This document shows, piece by piece, positions 1-9,569 of a stretch of DNA of 64,000 nt. Source of the stretch: Bryobacterales bacterium (lineage in GTDB: Bacteria; Acidobacteriota; Terriglobia; Bryobacterales; UBA6623); NCBI GenBank assembly GCA_965216215.1, contig CBDCFO010000008.1, forward strand, positions 534,726-598,725. The letters are read 5' to 3'. The notes below the pieces were generated by a model, which was not told the origin of the DNA, searched no databases, and saw nothing but the letters and a program-made list of their open reading frames with translations. Both the position numbers and the translations under genes were made by a program. Within the stretch, counting starts at the first letter, position 1. Each line of letters begins with the position of its first letter.

Positions 1-1
1 G

Positions 2-82
2 TTCGTCGCCGCTGGCTTCCGTACCGCAGCCACGGATGTCGCTCTAGCCGCACGAATTCAGGAAACGACCCCAGCCGCATAG
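2..82 (+). CDS. 3' end of a gene entering from the left edge; identity not determinable, position suggests an efflux-pump partner of the next gene
   Basis: Open frame from the window edge (...FVAAGFRTAATDVALAARIQETTPAA) ends at TAG 80-82, 2 nt before the next ATG at 85. Confidence 0.25.
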   Translation, partial: FVAAGFRTAATDVALAARIQETTPAA

Positions 83-84
83 CA

Positions 85-1514
85 ATGAACGTTCGATTCG
101 CAATCCCGGTATCAGCCCTACTGCTGGCAGCCTGCTCGAAGCCCATGCAGCTGCCCGTTCACCAGTTCAATGTCCCGGCACCCGAGGCCTGGCAGGGCGC
201 CGCGACCGAGCCTTTGGCCCCTGGTTCGGACTGGTGGGCCTACTTGAACGACGAAGGCCTGGACGCGGCGATCCAGAAGGCGCTGAACTGCAGCCAGAGC
301 CTGCGGGCCGCAGCCGCCCGGATCGAAGTCGCCACCCAGGAGCGGCTCATCGTGGGCTCGCCGATTGGCCGGAAATCAGCGTGGGCACCAATCGCGTGCG
401 CCAGCGCCAGAACTTTGTCGGGCTGCCTTTCCCTGGCCTTTCCGATCGAGTTCTCTCAAGCACGTATTCGAACGCGGGCCTGACTTTCAACATCGCGTGG
501 GAGGCGGACCTGTGGAACCGGCTGGGTTCTCAAAAGCTCGCCGCCGACGCCGGAATCACCGCTCGCGAGGCTGACCGGCTCGCCGTCCGCCTCTCCCTCA
601 GCGGCCAAGTGGCCAAGGCGTGGTTCGCGGCCGTCGAGGCTCACAGCCAGGTCGAGCTCGCGCGCTCGCTGGTGGAGCATCTGGAGACGGAGGCGGAGTG
701 GACCCAGGAGCATTACCGGTTCGGTTCCCGGTCTCCCGTGGACGTACGGGTCGCCGAAAGCAGCATCGAAAGGGCTAAGTCGACGGTGCGGGAACGAGAG
801 CGGGCGCGCGACTTGTTCGTGCGGCAGGTCGAGGTGCTGGCTTGCGAGTATCCCGCGGGAGAGAAGGCTCTGGGAGCGGAGCTGCCGAGCCTGCCGCCGC
901 AGGTGCCTGCGGGCCTGCCGTCCGAGCTGGTGCAGCGGAGGCCCGACCTGATTGCCGCCGAGCAGGCGCTGCTGGGCGCGGACGCCCGGATCGTGCAGGC
1001 GAAGGCTGCGTTGCGGCCGAGCTTCGCACTGACAACCGCCGCCGGCACCGCCAGCAACAAGCTCCTGGACATCGTGAACCCCAACCTGCAGGCCTGGAGC
1101 TACGCGCTCGGCTTCGCTCAGCCGCTCTTCAACCGCGGGCGCCTGAAGGCAAACGTGCGGGCTACGGAAGCGCGCGCGCATGAAGCGGCCGCCAACTACG
1201 AGAGCCTCATGTGGACGGCGTACCTGGAGGTCGAATCGGCGCTAGCGTCGGAGGATACGCTACGCACCCAGCAGGGTTCCCTGCGCGACTCGCAGGGCAC
1301 CACACGAGAGGCCATCGGACTGGCGGAGCAACGTTTCGGGGCGGGCATGGGAGACATCTTCTCGATCCTCGCCCTGCAGAGGTCCGTGCTGGAGACCGAG
1401 AGCGCCGTGCTGACCCTCCAGCGGGCCAGGATCGCCAATCGCGTTGACCTGCACCTCGCGCTGGGAGGCAGTTTCGACGACCCGCCGCCCGTCCCGCCGG
1501 CTCAGACCCCCTAG
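85..1514 (+). pseudogene. NodT/TolC-family outer-membrane efflux lipoprotein, split by one frameshift near 355-362
   Basis: ORF 85-483 gives a signal peptide plus lipobox (LLLAAC) and the OMF N-terminus (...AARIEVATQERLIVGS). The homology continues in ORF 234-1514 (ADWPEISVGTN...NIAWEADLWNRLG...), the typical OMF repeat architecture. Confidence 0.8.
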
Positions 1515-1824
1515 GGCAACGCACTTGACAAGATCCGTCGTGAGCCGGCGGGCGCGATTCCCGCCGAGCGGACGGGCCTGGCGTTCACGTGCGCGGTGGT
1601 GCTCAAGGGCAGCATAAGAAACTCGCGTGCTGGCGCGTCGCTCCATACGCCATGCGGAGTCACGCGAACCGCGCTTCGGGCCGATGCTTCTACCCCCCTG
1701 AAGACCTTGGCCTGTGACACGCCGCAGTTGTTTCAGGCAAGTTCTGCCGACTCGGTCTTGGTGTTGGCGGCTGGCAGACTTCCGCATCGCGGCAATCGGG
1801 ATCCCCTTCCACGGAAGTGAGGAT

Positions 1825-1965
1825 TTGCAGTCCGGTGTTCATGTAGGCGAACTGCGTGAGGCGGTAGGTAGAATCGATCCCGATCGCGTCGGACACCTCG
1901 TTCCAAATGTCGATGTCGAATCCTTCGAAGCCCCTTCCGTTTCCATCACGAGCGGGAGAAGCTTG
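1825..1965 (-). pseudogene. Short relic of a family-3 (polar amino acid) ABC substrate-binding protein
   Basis: Minus-strand translation reads DGNGRGFEGFDIDIWNEVSDAIGIDSTYRLTQFAYMNTGLQ. This matches the conserved GFDIDL...IPALQ block of SBP_bac_3 proteins. It is preceded by an in-frame stop and lacks the N- and C-terminal parts. Confidence 0.35.
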
Positions 1966-1998
1966 CTACTCCTGCAACTAAGGCCGACTCCTGGGCCG

Positions 1999-2244
1999 CT
2001 AGGACGGCCGGTAGAAGTGCCGGGGTCCGCTGGGCCCGAAGGTGTCGCCCAGCACCCAGCCCAACTGCAGGCCGTTGCGATCGAGCAGCTTCTGGATGCG
2101 GTTGCGCACCCGGCTGCGCTCCTCGACGAGCTTGCGCCGATAGCGGATCATCAGGCGCAGGACGCGGAACTCGCGGATGGGATTGTAGCTGGGCGAGTCG
2201 AGACCGAACTGGCACACGAGCGCCAGCCACGACAAAGCAGCCAC
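1999..2244 (-). pseudogene. IS110-family transposase internal fragment
   Basis: IREFRVLRLMIRYRRKLVEERSRVRNRIQKLLDRNGLQLGWVLGDTFGPSG matches the RELR.LTRYR..LV.ER...NR.QK.L...L..V.SD..G.SG block of DEDD IS110 transposases. Only about 80 codons remain. Confidence 0.65.
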
Positions 2245-2645
2245 GACAATCCCCGCTCGCCCGAACCGCCGAAGAGGATCGGTGCCGCAAACTGTACGGA
2301 CATTCGCAAGATCCCGCTACGATTCCCTGCACCGCCGGGAATAACACTGGACATCAGTCACGGAAAGCTGCGAAATTTAGGATCACCCTGGAATCTGCAG
2401 ATCGTGTGACGATGTGCATGGAAGAGGGGCAATGAGGGACAGACCGTGCTGCAACGCAGACACAGTTGGTTTCCACGTCGGGTATGTACGAGAAGGCGAC
2501 ACAGGGGTGCCGGCGAGCGGAGCAACTGCCGGCAGATCTGGAAACCCGTCGCTCGTGGGTGCAACCCGTTGATCGCGCAAAAACGGAAATCCTGGTCGTT
2601 TCGAAAAAATGACGTGAACCCCGTTTTCAGACAGGAGGTAAAGAC

Positions 2646-4307
2646 ATGACACATCCGGCGCTATTGTTGCTGATTCTGGCTGTACCAGCCTACGCCCAAG
2701 TGGCAGAGGAAGGCTCTTCCAGTGTCGAGGATCCAGCCACCGCCCCCGCGGTGAAGGCATCCGTGGTGGCGAAGACCGCGAAGGCAATCAACTACCAGTA
2801 CCGCAGTGGCGCTACCAGGATCGACTTCGTTGGGACTGCCCTCATGACCGGAGCAGGGGGCGAAGCCAAGGTTGAGAGCAAGAAGGGCTACATGGAGATC
2901 CAGGCCGAATTCGACCGCCTGAAACCACCCATGCAGCTTGGCACTGAGTATCTCACCTACGTTCTGTGGTCCATCTCGCCGGATGGGCGCTCAAGCAACC
3001 TCGGCGAACTTGTTCTCGACAACGCAGGCCGGGCCAAGCTTAACGTTACGTCGGAGCTACAGGTGTTCGGGCTCATCGTCACGGCTGAACCGTATTTCGC
3101 CGTGCGTGTGCCGAGTGATCTAGTCGTCGTGGAGAACAAGATCCGAGACGGGACCAAAGGCCGTATCACGACCACCGACACAAAATACGAGTTGTTCGAC
3201 CGGGGCCAATACGAACAGTTGGCCAACCCCCTTTCGCTTACCGTTGATCTGAAGAAGATACCGCTTGACGTCTACCAGGCTCGCAACGCCCTGGTCATCG
3301 CAAAGTCAAGCGGCGCCCAGGAGTATGCCTCCGACATCCTTGGGAAAGCGATAGCAAGCATGGAGATAGCGGATCGCAATCTCAACCGCAGGTCGATGCG
3401 GAAAACTGTTATCCAACACGCACGGCAGGCCACTCAGTTCGCGGAAGACGCCCGCGAACTGAGTATGAAACGAAAGGAGGCGGAGGCGTTGGAGACGGAA
3501 CGCCGCGAGGCAGCCGCGCGCGAGACGGCCGCGCGGATACAGTCAGCAGAGGCTGAGCAGCGGCGCATAGTCGAGGAAGCAGCGCGCGCCAAAGCCGAGG
3601 CGGCGAAGGCCGTAGCCGAGGCAGCTAGGGCCACAGCCGAGGTCGCCAGGGCCTCAGCCGAAGCCGCGAAAGCGGAAGCCGACCGCAACCGGCTACGGGC
3701 CGAAGTGGCCGCGGCGAAAGCAGCCACCGAACGAGCTCAGGCGGTTGCGCAACGGGCCCAAGCGGAACTGCAGCGGGAAGCCGCCCGGCGAGTCGCGGAG
3801 GATGCCAAGCAGCAGACACAGGCAGCCGAGCGGGCGCGAATAGAGGCGGAGCGAGAAAAAGCGGAATTGCGTGCCAGACTGTTGCGGCAGTTTAACCTTG
3901 TGCTCGATACGAGAGACTCCGAACGCGGCTTGGTGGTCAATATGTCAGACGTCTTGTTCGACACGGGCCAGTACGCCCTGCGTCCGACCGCCCGAGAGAA
4001 GCTCGCCCGCCTGTCCGGCATCGTCCTGGCCTACCCCGGGCTACGCCTGCAGGCGGAAGGGCACACCGACACCACCGGCACTGAGGACTTAAACCAGCGG
4101 CTTTCGGAGCGGCGTGCCGAGGCCGTCCGCGAATACATTGCGAGTCAAGGCGTACCCGAAGAGGCAATCACGTCGACGGGCTTGGGGTTTTCCGTTCCGG
4201 TGGCCTCGAATGACACGCGAGAAGGACGCCAGCAAAACCGGCGTGTTGAGATTATCGTTTCCGGCGAAGTGATTGGCACTGCATTGGCCGGTGCCGCGGC
4301 ACCCTAG
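2646..4307 (+). CDS. OmpA-family protein with signal peptide, Ala/Glu-rich coiled-coil middle region and C-terminal OmpA peptidoglycan-binding domain
   Basis: Signal peptide MTHPALLLLILAVPAYAQ. C-terminus reads NMSDVLFDTGQYALRP...LQAEGHTDTTGTEDLNQRLSERRAEAVREYI...NRRVEIIVSG, the OmpA_C signature. Confidence 0.9.
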   Translation: MTHPALLLLILAVPAYAQVAEEGSSSVEDPATAPAVKASVVAKTAKAINYQYRSGATRIDFVGTALMTGAGGEAKVESKKGYMEIQAEFDRLKPPMQLGTEYLTYVLWSISPDGRSSNLGELVLDNAGRAKLNVTSELQVFGLIVTAEPYFAVRVPSDLVVVENKIRDGTKGRITTTDTKYELFDRGQYEQLANPLSLTVDLKKIPLDVYQARNALVIAKSSGAQEYASDILGKAIASMEIADRNLNRRSMRKTVIQHARQATQFAEDARELSMKRKEAEALETERREAAARETAARIQSAEAEQRRIVEEAARAKAEAAKAVAEAARATAEVARASAEAAKAEADRNRLRAEVAAAKAATERAQAVAQRAQAELQREAARRVAEDAKQQTQAAERARIEAEREKAELRARLLRQFNLVLDTRDSERGLVVNMSDVLFDTGQYALRPTAREKLARLSGIVLAYPGLRLQAEGHTDTTGTEDLNQRLSERRAEAVREYIASQGVPEEAITSTGLGFSVPVASNDTREGRQQNRRVEIIVSGEVIGTALAGAAAP

Positions 4308-4403
4308 CACGTCAACAGTGCGCTGTGCGCTTTGAGGAAAGGGAAGTTCGACCAAGAAGTCCGTGAGCCAAGCTGTTAGGGTTCCACTACCCTGTATCGG
4401 CAA

Positions 4404-4662
4404 GATCTTCGGATACAGGCTTTTCTGCATGAGCCGAACGTCGTGAGTGGTGAACTGCCAATCGACCTTGGCCTGCCGGTTGTTTCGATCCTGATCCCAC
4501 GGTTGCGCTGCGAGCGGCCGCACGGACCGAGGCGAAGCCGTGAAGGGCGGTAGGGGAGCACAGGCGGGAGAGCTCGTCCTCGCACTGCAATCGGGAGCGG
4601 TAGCGGCCGAGGACAGCTGTAAAACTGAGGCTCGTTTCGTACTGGACATTGTTCCTGGGCAT
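4404..4662 (-). pseudogene. IS630-family transposase C-terminal relic
   Basis: AAQPWDQDRNNRQAKVDWQFTTHDVRLMQKSLYPKI (4404-4511) matches the conserved IS630 tail (AW...RN....V.WQFTT.DAR.KL..LYP). The upstream part is recognisable only weakly and in another frame. Confidence 0.5.
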
Positions 4663-4968
4663 GCGGGCACGACCTGGGCGTTTGGATTTGCGCTGGTGTG
4701 ATTCTTGTCATCGCATCGACTTCGTGATGTATCAAGCACTTAGCACAATCAATGCGAATACTTGACGGTGATCGGGAGCGGGCCCAGGCACTACCTGGCT
4801 ACCGACCGGGACCGCAATCGTAGCTGGCCGGCCGCGGCACTCTGGTGGGGAAATCCCCTGGCCTCGATGCGGAACTCGCCTTGGCGCGAACACCACTGCT
4901 TTAAATGTAAAGTTTTCTTGACCCTCTCAGGGTGGCAGGGTTACAATAGACGAAATGAGGAGGTTCCT

Positions 4969-5469
4969 GTGTCAATTCGCATAGTCCTTGCCGCTTCGGC
5001 AATCGCAGTTCTTTGGGTTTCAGCACCGCTGGCCCGTGCAGACGAGGCATCGAAGGAAAAAGTCCTCTCTGAGCTGATCGAAGTCATGCAGTACGGCAAG
5101 ATGGCCGATCAAATGAGCGATTTGACTGGCAATCAAATAATCAGCCAATTGAAGACCAGGCATCCGGATTTGGAGGCCGAAACGGAATCCAAGCTTCGCG
5201 AAATGGCGCGGAACTACATGTCTGACCTCATGGCCGAGATGAATCCCATGGTGTCTGGAATCCTGTCAAAGCACTTCACCGAAGAAGAGCTTGGCGAGAT
5301 GCTTGCCTATCAGAAATCAGCTGTCGGGCAGAAATCCCTTGAAAAAATGCCGCTGATCATGCAGGAAATTATGACTTGGAGCCAACAGAAAGTAATGACA
5401 TCGATCCCCGGGATGACGGCAAGGATGGAGGAACTGATAGAGGAAATGAAGGCCAAATCCGGCCAATGA
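4969..5469 (+). CDS. DUF2059-domain secreted protein
   Basis: GTG at 4969 lies 5 nt after GAGGAGG. Signal peptide VSIRIVLAASAIAVLWVSAPLARA. The motif HFTEEELGEMLAYQKSAVGQKSLEKMP is typical of DUF2059. The upstream part of ORF 4762-5469 looks non-coding. Confidence 0.7.
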   Translation: MSIRIVLAASAIAVLWVSAPLARADEASKEKVLSELIEVMQYGKMADQMSDLTGNQIISQLKTRHPDLEAETESKLREMARNYMSDLMAEMNPMVSGILSKHFTEEELGEMLAYQKSAVGQKSLEKMPLIMQEIMTWSQQKVMTSIPGMTARMEELIEEMKAKSGQ

Positions 5470-5756
5470 GTGGACGCTCCCGAGCCGCGCTCGGCCGACT
5501 CGCCGTCAACTGGCGCAGACGCATTGGGCCCCCGCTTGGCATCAGAGTGGCGCGGATCCGGCTCCGCCCGCTCCAAGGTGCTTCATCGAGACCGCTGTGT
5601 CGAGCTAGGCCGCGACGGAGGAGATTCGGTCGCGCCAGGTAGAAACGCTGCCAACTGCCTCGGCTTGTTCGAATCGGTGCCTCAGAGCTTGCTGGAGGCT
5701 GTGTCCACACGGTCCCGAGCCCGGTCGCGGTGTACCCTGAATCGGGACCTGCCAAG

Positions 5757-6827
5757 ATGAAACCGTTTCCGTGTCTGCTCGCGTTGCTCGGCACCTGCGC
5801 CATCGCACAGGACCTGAGCGTCGAAGAATGGGACCCGCGCTCGACACTGGTGGTCGACCAGCACGAAGTCCCGCGCGCCAAATTCCCCGTAATTGATGTC
5901 CACAGCCACCACCGGGGCTCGACCAGCCAGGAACGCCTGGATGCCATCGTCGGCGAGATGGACGAGCTGAATCTCGCTGTCCTCGTCAACCTCAGCGGCG
6001 GCTACGGGCAACGGCTCCGCGCTACGGTTCAGAACTTCCGACAGCGGCATCCGGGCCGGTTCGCGGTGTTCGCCAATCCCAATTTCAATGGCATCGGGAC
6101 TGCCGCCTGGCCCGAGCGAGCGGCCCGCCAGTTGGAGGAAGACGTGGAGGCAGGGGCTCAGGGACTCAAGATCTTCAAGAGCTTCGGAATGAGTGTCCGC
6201 GATCCGCAGGGCGGGCGCGTGCCCGTCGACGATCCGGCAATGGACCCTCTGTTCCAGACCTGCGCCCGCTTGAAGATTCCCGTTCTGATCCATGTCGCGG
6301 ACCCTGCCGAGTTCTGGGCACCTCGGGATTCCCGCAACGAGAGGTGGCTCGAACTCAAGCTCCGATCCCGAAGGAAACAAGAAGCGCCGCCAAGCTTCGA
6401 GGATCTGATCGCAGAGCGGGACCGGATGCTGAAACGGCATCCGGATGTGAACTTCATCCTGGCCCACATGGGCTGGCAGGGCAACGATCTGCGCAAGCTC
6501 GGGGCGCTGCTGGACGAGCATCCGAACGTCCACGTCGATATCGCGGCGGTGCTTTACGAGTTGGGTCGAGTCCCGTTCAGCGGGCCGGAGTTCCTCAACC
6601 GCTACAAGGAGCGCATTCTGTTCGGGAAGGACTCCTACGTGCCCAGCGAGTTCCCGAACTACTGGCGCGTGCTCGAGACCCGCGACGAGTATTTCAAATA
6701 CTACCGGCGCTACCATGCCCACTGGCAGCTCTACGGTCTGGGCCTGCCCGATGACACCCTGAAGCACATCTACTGGAAGAACGCCCTGCGGCTGATTCCC
6801 GGCATCGACGCCTCCTTGTTCGAATGA
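5757..6827 (+). CDS. Amidohydrolase-family (TIM-barrel metal-dependent hydrolase) secreted protein
   Basis: Signal peptide MKPFPCLLALLGTCAIAQ. Motifs VIDVHSHH, IPVLIHVADP and ILAHMG follow the Amidohydrolase_2 pattern. Confidence 0.8.
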   Translation: MKPFPCLLALLGTCAIAQDLSVEEWDPRSTLVVDQHEVPRAKFPVIDVHSHHRGSTSQERLDAIVGEMDELNLAVLVNLSGGYGQRLRATVQNFRQRHPGRFAVFANPNFNGIGTAAWPERAARQLEEDVEAGAQGLKIFKSFGMSVRDPQGGRVPVDDPAMDPLFQTCARLKIPVLIHVADPAEFWAPRDSRNERWLELKLRSRRKQEAPPSFEDLIAERDRMLKRHPDVNFILAHMGWQGNDLRKLGALLDEHPNVHVDIAAVLYELGRVPFSGPEFLNRYKERILFGKDSYVPSEFPNYWRVLETRDEYFKYYRRYHAHWQLYGLGLPDDTLKHIYWKNALRLIPGIDASLFE

Positions 6828-7031
6828 CGCGCGACCCGCGTCATGCAGTCGAGTGCTGGATCGAGTCCACCGGCCCGGCGCCGACCGAGGCACGGCCGGT
6901 TCACCGGGCGGACGCATCCATGACGGGCTGCTTGCCGGCCCCCTCGGCACCGAGACCCGTCGTGCCGAGACAGACCCTGACCGATCCGCTCCTTTCGAGC
7001 AGTGTTCGGCTGGGATTCAGGTCAAATCGAC

Positions 7032-7541
7032 CTAACGGCCTTCGCTGGACGGAGGCACGAGTCCGTTAGCGCGCATGTGGACTGCCATCTGCGCGTACTC
7101 GTGCTCGATGTGGATCGTGTTGCCGTAGAGTGTTCCAAGCCGCGACCGACTGCGACGCCGGCCTTCGACCATCTCGGAGACCTTGGCGTCGGTGAGCGAA
7201 CGGTAGGCACTGTCGCACTCTGCCCCGGCGGCCTCAAGGGCGGCAACCAAGTCCGCCTTGGAAGAAGAGCCATTGACACCGGCCCGCTTCCTCTGGCCCA
7301 TATAGCCGGAGCAGGCCCCCATCGCCGAATTCGCGGTGTGAGCCACCAAGTCCCCGAAGCTCTGGCTCTCGGGAGCGGGCTTGTAGCTGTAGTGCTCCTC
7401 GGGCATCTTGTTGGCGGCGGCAACGACCAGGTTCTTCGTGCGGTTCCATGCCTGCCGGGCCTCGGTGCTCAGCGGGTTCTCTTGCGCCAGCAGCGGGCAC
7501 GTGAGCCCGGCACCGAGCATCAACATCAATAAGGTTTTCAT
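7032..7541 (-). CDS. DinB-family protein with signal peptide
   Basis: Start at MKTLLMLMLGAGL with GGAGGG upstream. Motifs FGDLVAHTANS and NTIHIEHEYAQMAVHMRANG (His triad) are DinB-like. Confidence 0.8.
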   Translation of the reverse strand: MKTLLMLMLGAGLTCPLLAQENPLSTEARQAWNRTKNLVVAAANKMPEEHYSYKPAPESQSFGDLVAHTANSAMGACSGYMGQRKRAGVNGSSSKADLVAALEAAGAECDSAYRSLTDAKVSEMVEGRRRSRSRLGTLYGNTIHIEHEYAQMAVHMRANGLVPPSSEGR

Positions 7542-7862
7542 TCTTAGTCCCTCCAACTTGCGCGATTTGAAAACTGACTCGAGTCGAGCGGCCTGTCTGG
7601 CCTTGCGCGCACGGCCAGTGTAGCGTGGAAACCGGTCCTCATCAACTCGAATCCTCAGGTCCACGGCCGGTTAAATCACTGGAATGGCCCTTGCTGCCAG
7701 CCGGCCAGGTTTCCCATTCCGGCCCGGACGGCAGGGGCCCGGTCCGCCACCAGAAGCTCGGCCCGCGGTCCCGCCGTGCCCCGTGCATTGGGAGCCGCAG
7801 CGGCAGAGAAGCTGGGAATGTGCGGCAAAGCCCGGGCGAAATCGTTTGCCGATGGCACCCTG

Positions 7863-7913
7863 TGTCTCCTAACCTAAACCTCAATGGCCCTTGTCTCCTA
7901 ACCTAAACCTCAA
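7863..7913. repeat. Tandem direct repeat, 2 x 22 bp (TGTCTCCTAACCTAAACCTCAA), period 29 bp
   Basis: Identical copies at 7863-7884 and 7892-7913. The second copy ends 2 nt before ORF 7916-8914 and 17 nt before the preferred ATG at 7931; the GGAGGG Shine-Dalgarno (7917-7922) lies between. Confidence 0.9.
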
Positions 7914-7930
7914 GGTTGGAGGGTTCCGCA

Positions 7931-8914
7931 ATGTTGAGCCGCCGTGAACTCCTAGCGCTGCTGGCTGCCCAGGCATTGGCACAGGGGGCTCCGCCGTTTC
8001 CGGCTGGGGCCGAGCCAACCAGCCACGGAAACATCAATGCCGGAGAAGGACCCGTATGGCACCCTCGCGGCATGCTGTACTTCTCCGGCCGCAATCGCAT
8101 CACGCAGCGTGACGTGGCAGGCAACGTCGAGGTCTATCGCGAGAATGCGGGTTCCAACGGCCTGCTGATCGACCGCCAGGGTCGGTTGACAGTCTGCGAA
8201 GCCCGCAACCGTCGCGTGACACGGACGGAACCCGATAGCGGGACGACCGTTCTGGCAGACGGGTTCGAGGGGATGCAGTTCAATTCCCCCAACGACCTGA
8301 CGATCGATTCGCAGGGTCGCATCTATTTCAGCGATCCGCGCTACGGCTCGCGCAGCGGCATGGAGATACGTGACTCGGCGGGCCGCCTCGTGGAAGGGGT
8401 GTATCGAATCGACAGTCCTGGCCAGGTCGCCCGGGTCATCACCCACGAGGTCGACCGTCCGAACGGGCTGCTGGTCTCGCCAGGGGACGAATACCTGTAT
8501 GTCGCCGACAACAACAATGACACCGTAGGAGCGGCGCGGAAGCTGTGGCGATTTCCCCTGCACGACGACGGTTCGATCGACCCTGCCGGCCGAGCACTGG
8601 TCTTCGACTGGCTGGACGGTCGCGGTCCGGACGGCCTCGAAATGGACCTCGATGGCAGGCTGTTCGTGGCAGCGGGCCGGAACCGCGCCAATCCCCCGTA
8701 CGAATCAGCAGATCGATTCAAGGGCGGCGTGTACGTCCTCTCAACGACGGGCGAACTGCTTGACTACGTCGCCATCCCCGTGGATGAAGTCACCAATTGC
8801 GCGTTCGGCGGCTCCGACTGGAGGACGCTCTTCATTACCGCAGGCGGCGAGCTGTGGAGCATGCCAACGACTTCCCCCGGCTGGGTCCCCTTCCCTCGCG
8901 ACCAACCGAACTAG
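7931..8914 (+). CDS. SMP-30/gluconolactonase/LRE-family protein (Tat/Sec-type signal)
   Basis: N-terminus MLSRRELLALLAAQALAQG. Motifs NSPNDLTIDSQGRIYFSDP, RPNGLLVSP, PDGLEMDLDGRLFVA and TNCAFGG mark the six-bladed propeller signature. Confidence 0.85.
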   Translation: MLSRRELLALLAAQALAQGAPPFPAGAEPTSHGNINAGEGPVWHPRGMLYFSGRNRITQRDVAGNVEVYRENAGSNGLLIDRQGRLTVCEARNRRVTRTEPDSGTTVLADGFEGMQFNSPNDLTIDSQGRIYFSDPRYGSRSGMEIRDSAGRLVEGVYRIDSPGQVARVITHEVDRPNGLLVSPGDEYLYVADNNNDTVGAARKLWRFPLHDDGSIDPAGRALVFDWLDGRGPDGLEMDLDGRLFVAAGRNRANPPYESADRFKGGVYVLSTTGELLDYVAIPVDEVTNCAFGGSDWRTLFITAGGELWSMPTTSPGWVPFPRDQPN

Positions 8915-9524
8915 GGTTTGGTTTCATTCCTGGAGGCAGGGCACAGGGGCTGGATCGGAGCGTCACAGTGGCCTGTCTCGTGCTGCCGACCTCTTGGCAC
9001 CTTCGGGCTGGGCCAACGCAAACATCCAGCGCAACGGAAGCTGCCGTATCCACTCGGAGCAACCGCCGAAGCGCCGAACGAATCCCTGAGCCACCACGCA
9101 CACCAGACTATCCCGGGGCGGATCGGTTGGGAAGGTGGGGCAATCCGACTCGGGGCGGCGGCCTTGTAACCGCGCTGCGCCCGGTCCGGATGTGAAGAGG
9201 CTAAGCCTCGAACCGCTCCATCGATGACCGTTCGGTTGCGTAGAGTCCGTCCGCCGTGCACGCTCAGCATTCAGGCTGGACCGGCCCCGCCGATTTTACG
9301 TTAGGCAACGCCGGCCGGTGGAATAGGGGGGGACCGGCGCGGCGTTCTGGCAGACCAGGCCAGCCACCCGCTCGGCGGTGCCGAGGTAGGTTTGACCGAC
9401 CATGCGGGGCTTGCTGGTGACGATGCAATGGATCGGGCTGGTTGCCCTTTCTTGGCGACGGTGGACAGCATACAGGCTAATCCAATCGGGATAGGGGGAA
9501 GCCTCACGGCTCCACCCCTCCCAC

Positions 9525-9556
9525 ACCACCGTACATACGGGTCCGTATACGGCGGT
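9525..9556 (-). ncRNA. Group II intron domain V
   Basis: ACCGCCGUAUACGGACCCGUAUGUACGGUGGU folds by hand into a 9-bp lower stem, a 2-nt 3'-side bulge (UG) and a 4-bp upper stem plus loop. It starts 14 nt after the IEP stop. Confidence 0.7.
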
Positions 9557-9569
9557 TCGAACGGTGATG

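Noticed and set aside
4762-4968. N-terminal extensions offered by the ORF track (4762-5469, 5730-, 7664-, 20567-, 23625-, 27303-, 53336-, 61268-, 63185-)
   Set aside because: In each case an internal start is followed immediately by a signal peptide or conserved N-terminus, and often preceded by a GGAGG-like Shine-Dalgarno. The upstream codons look non-coding.
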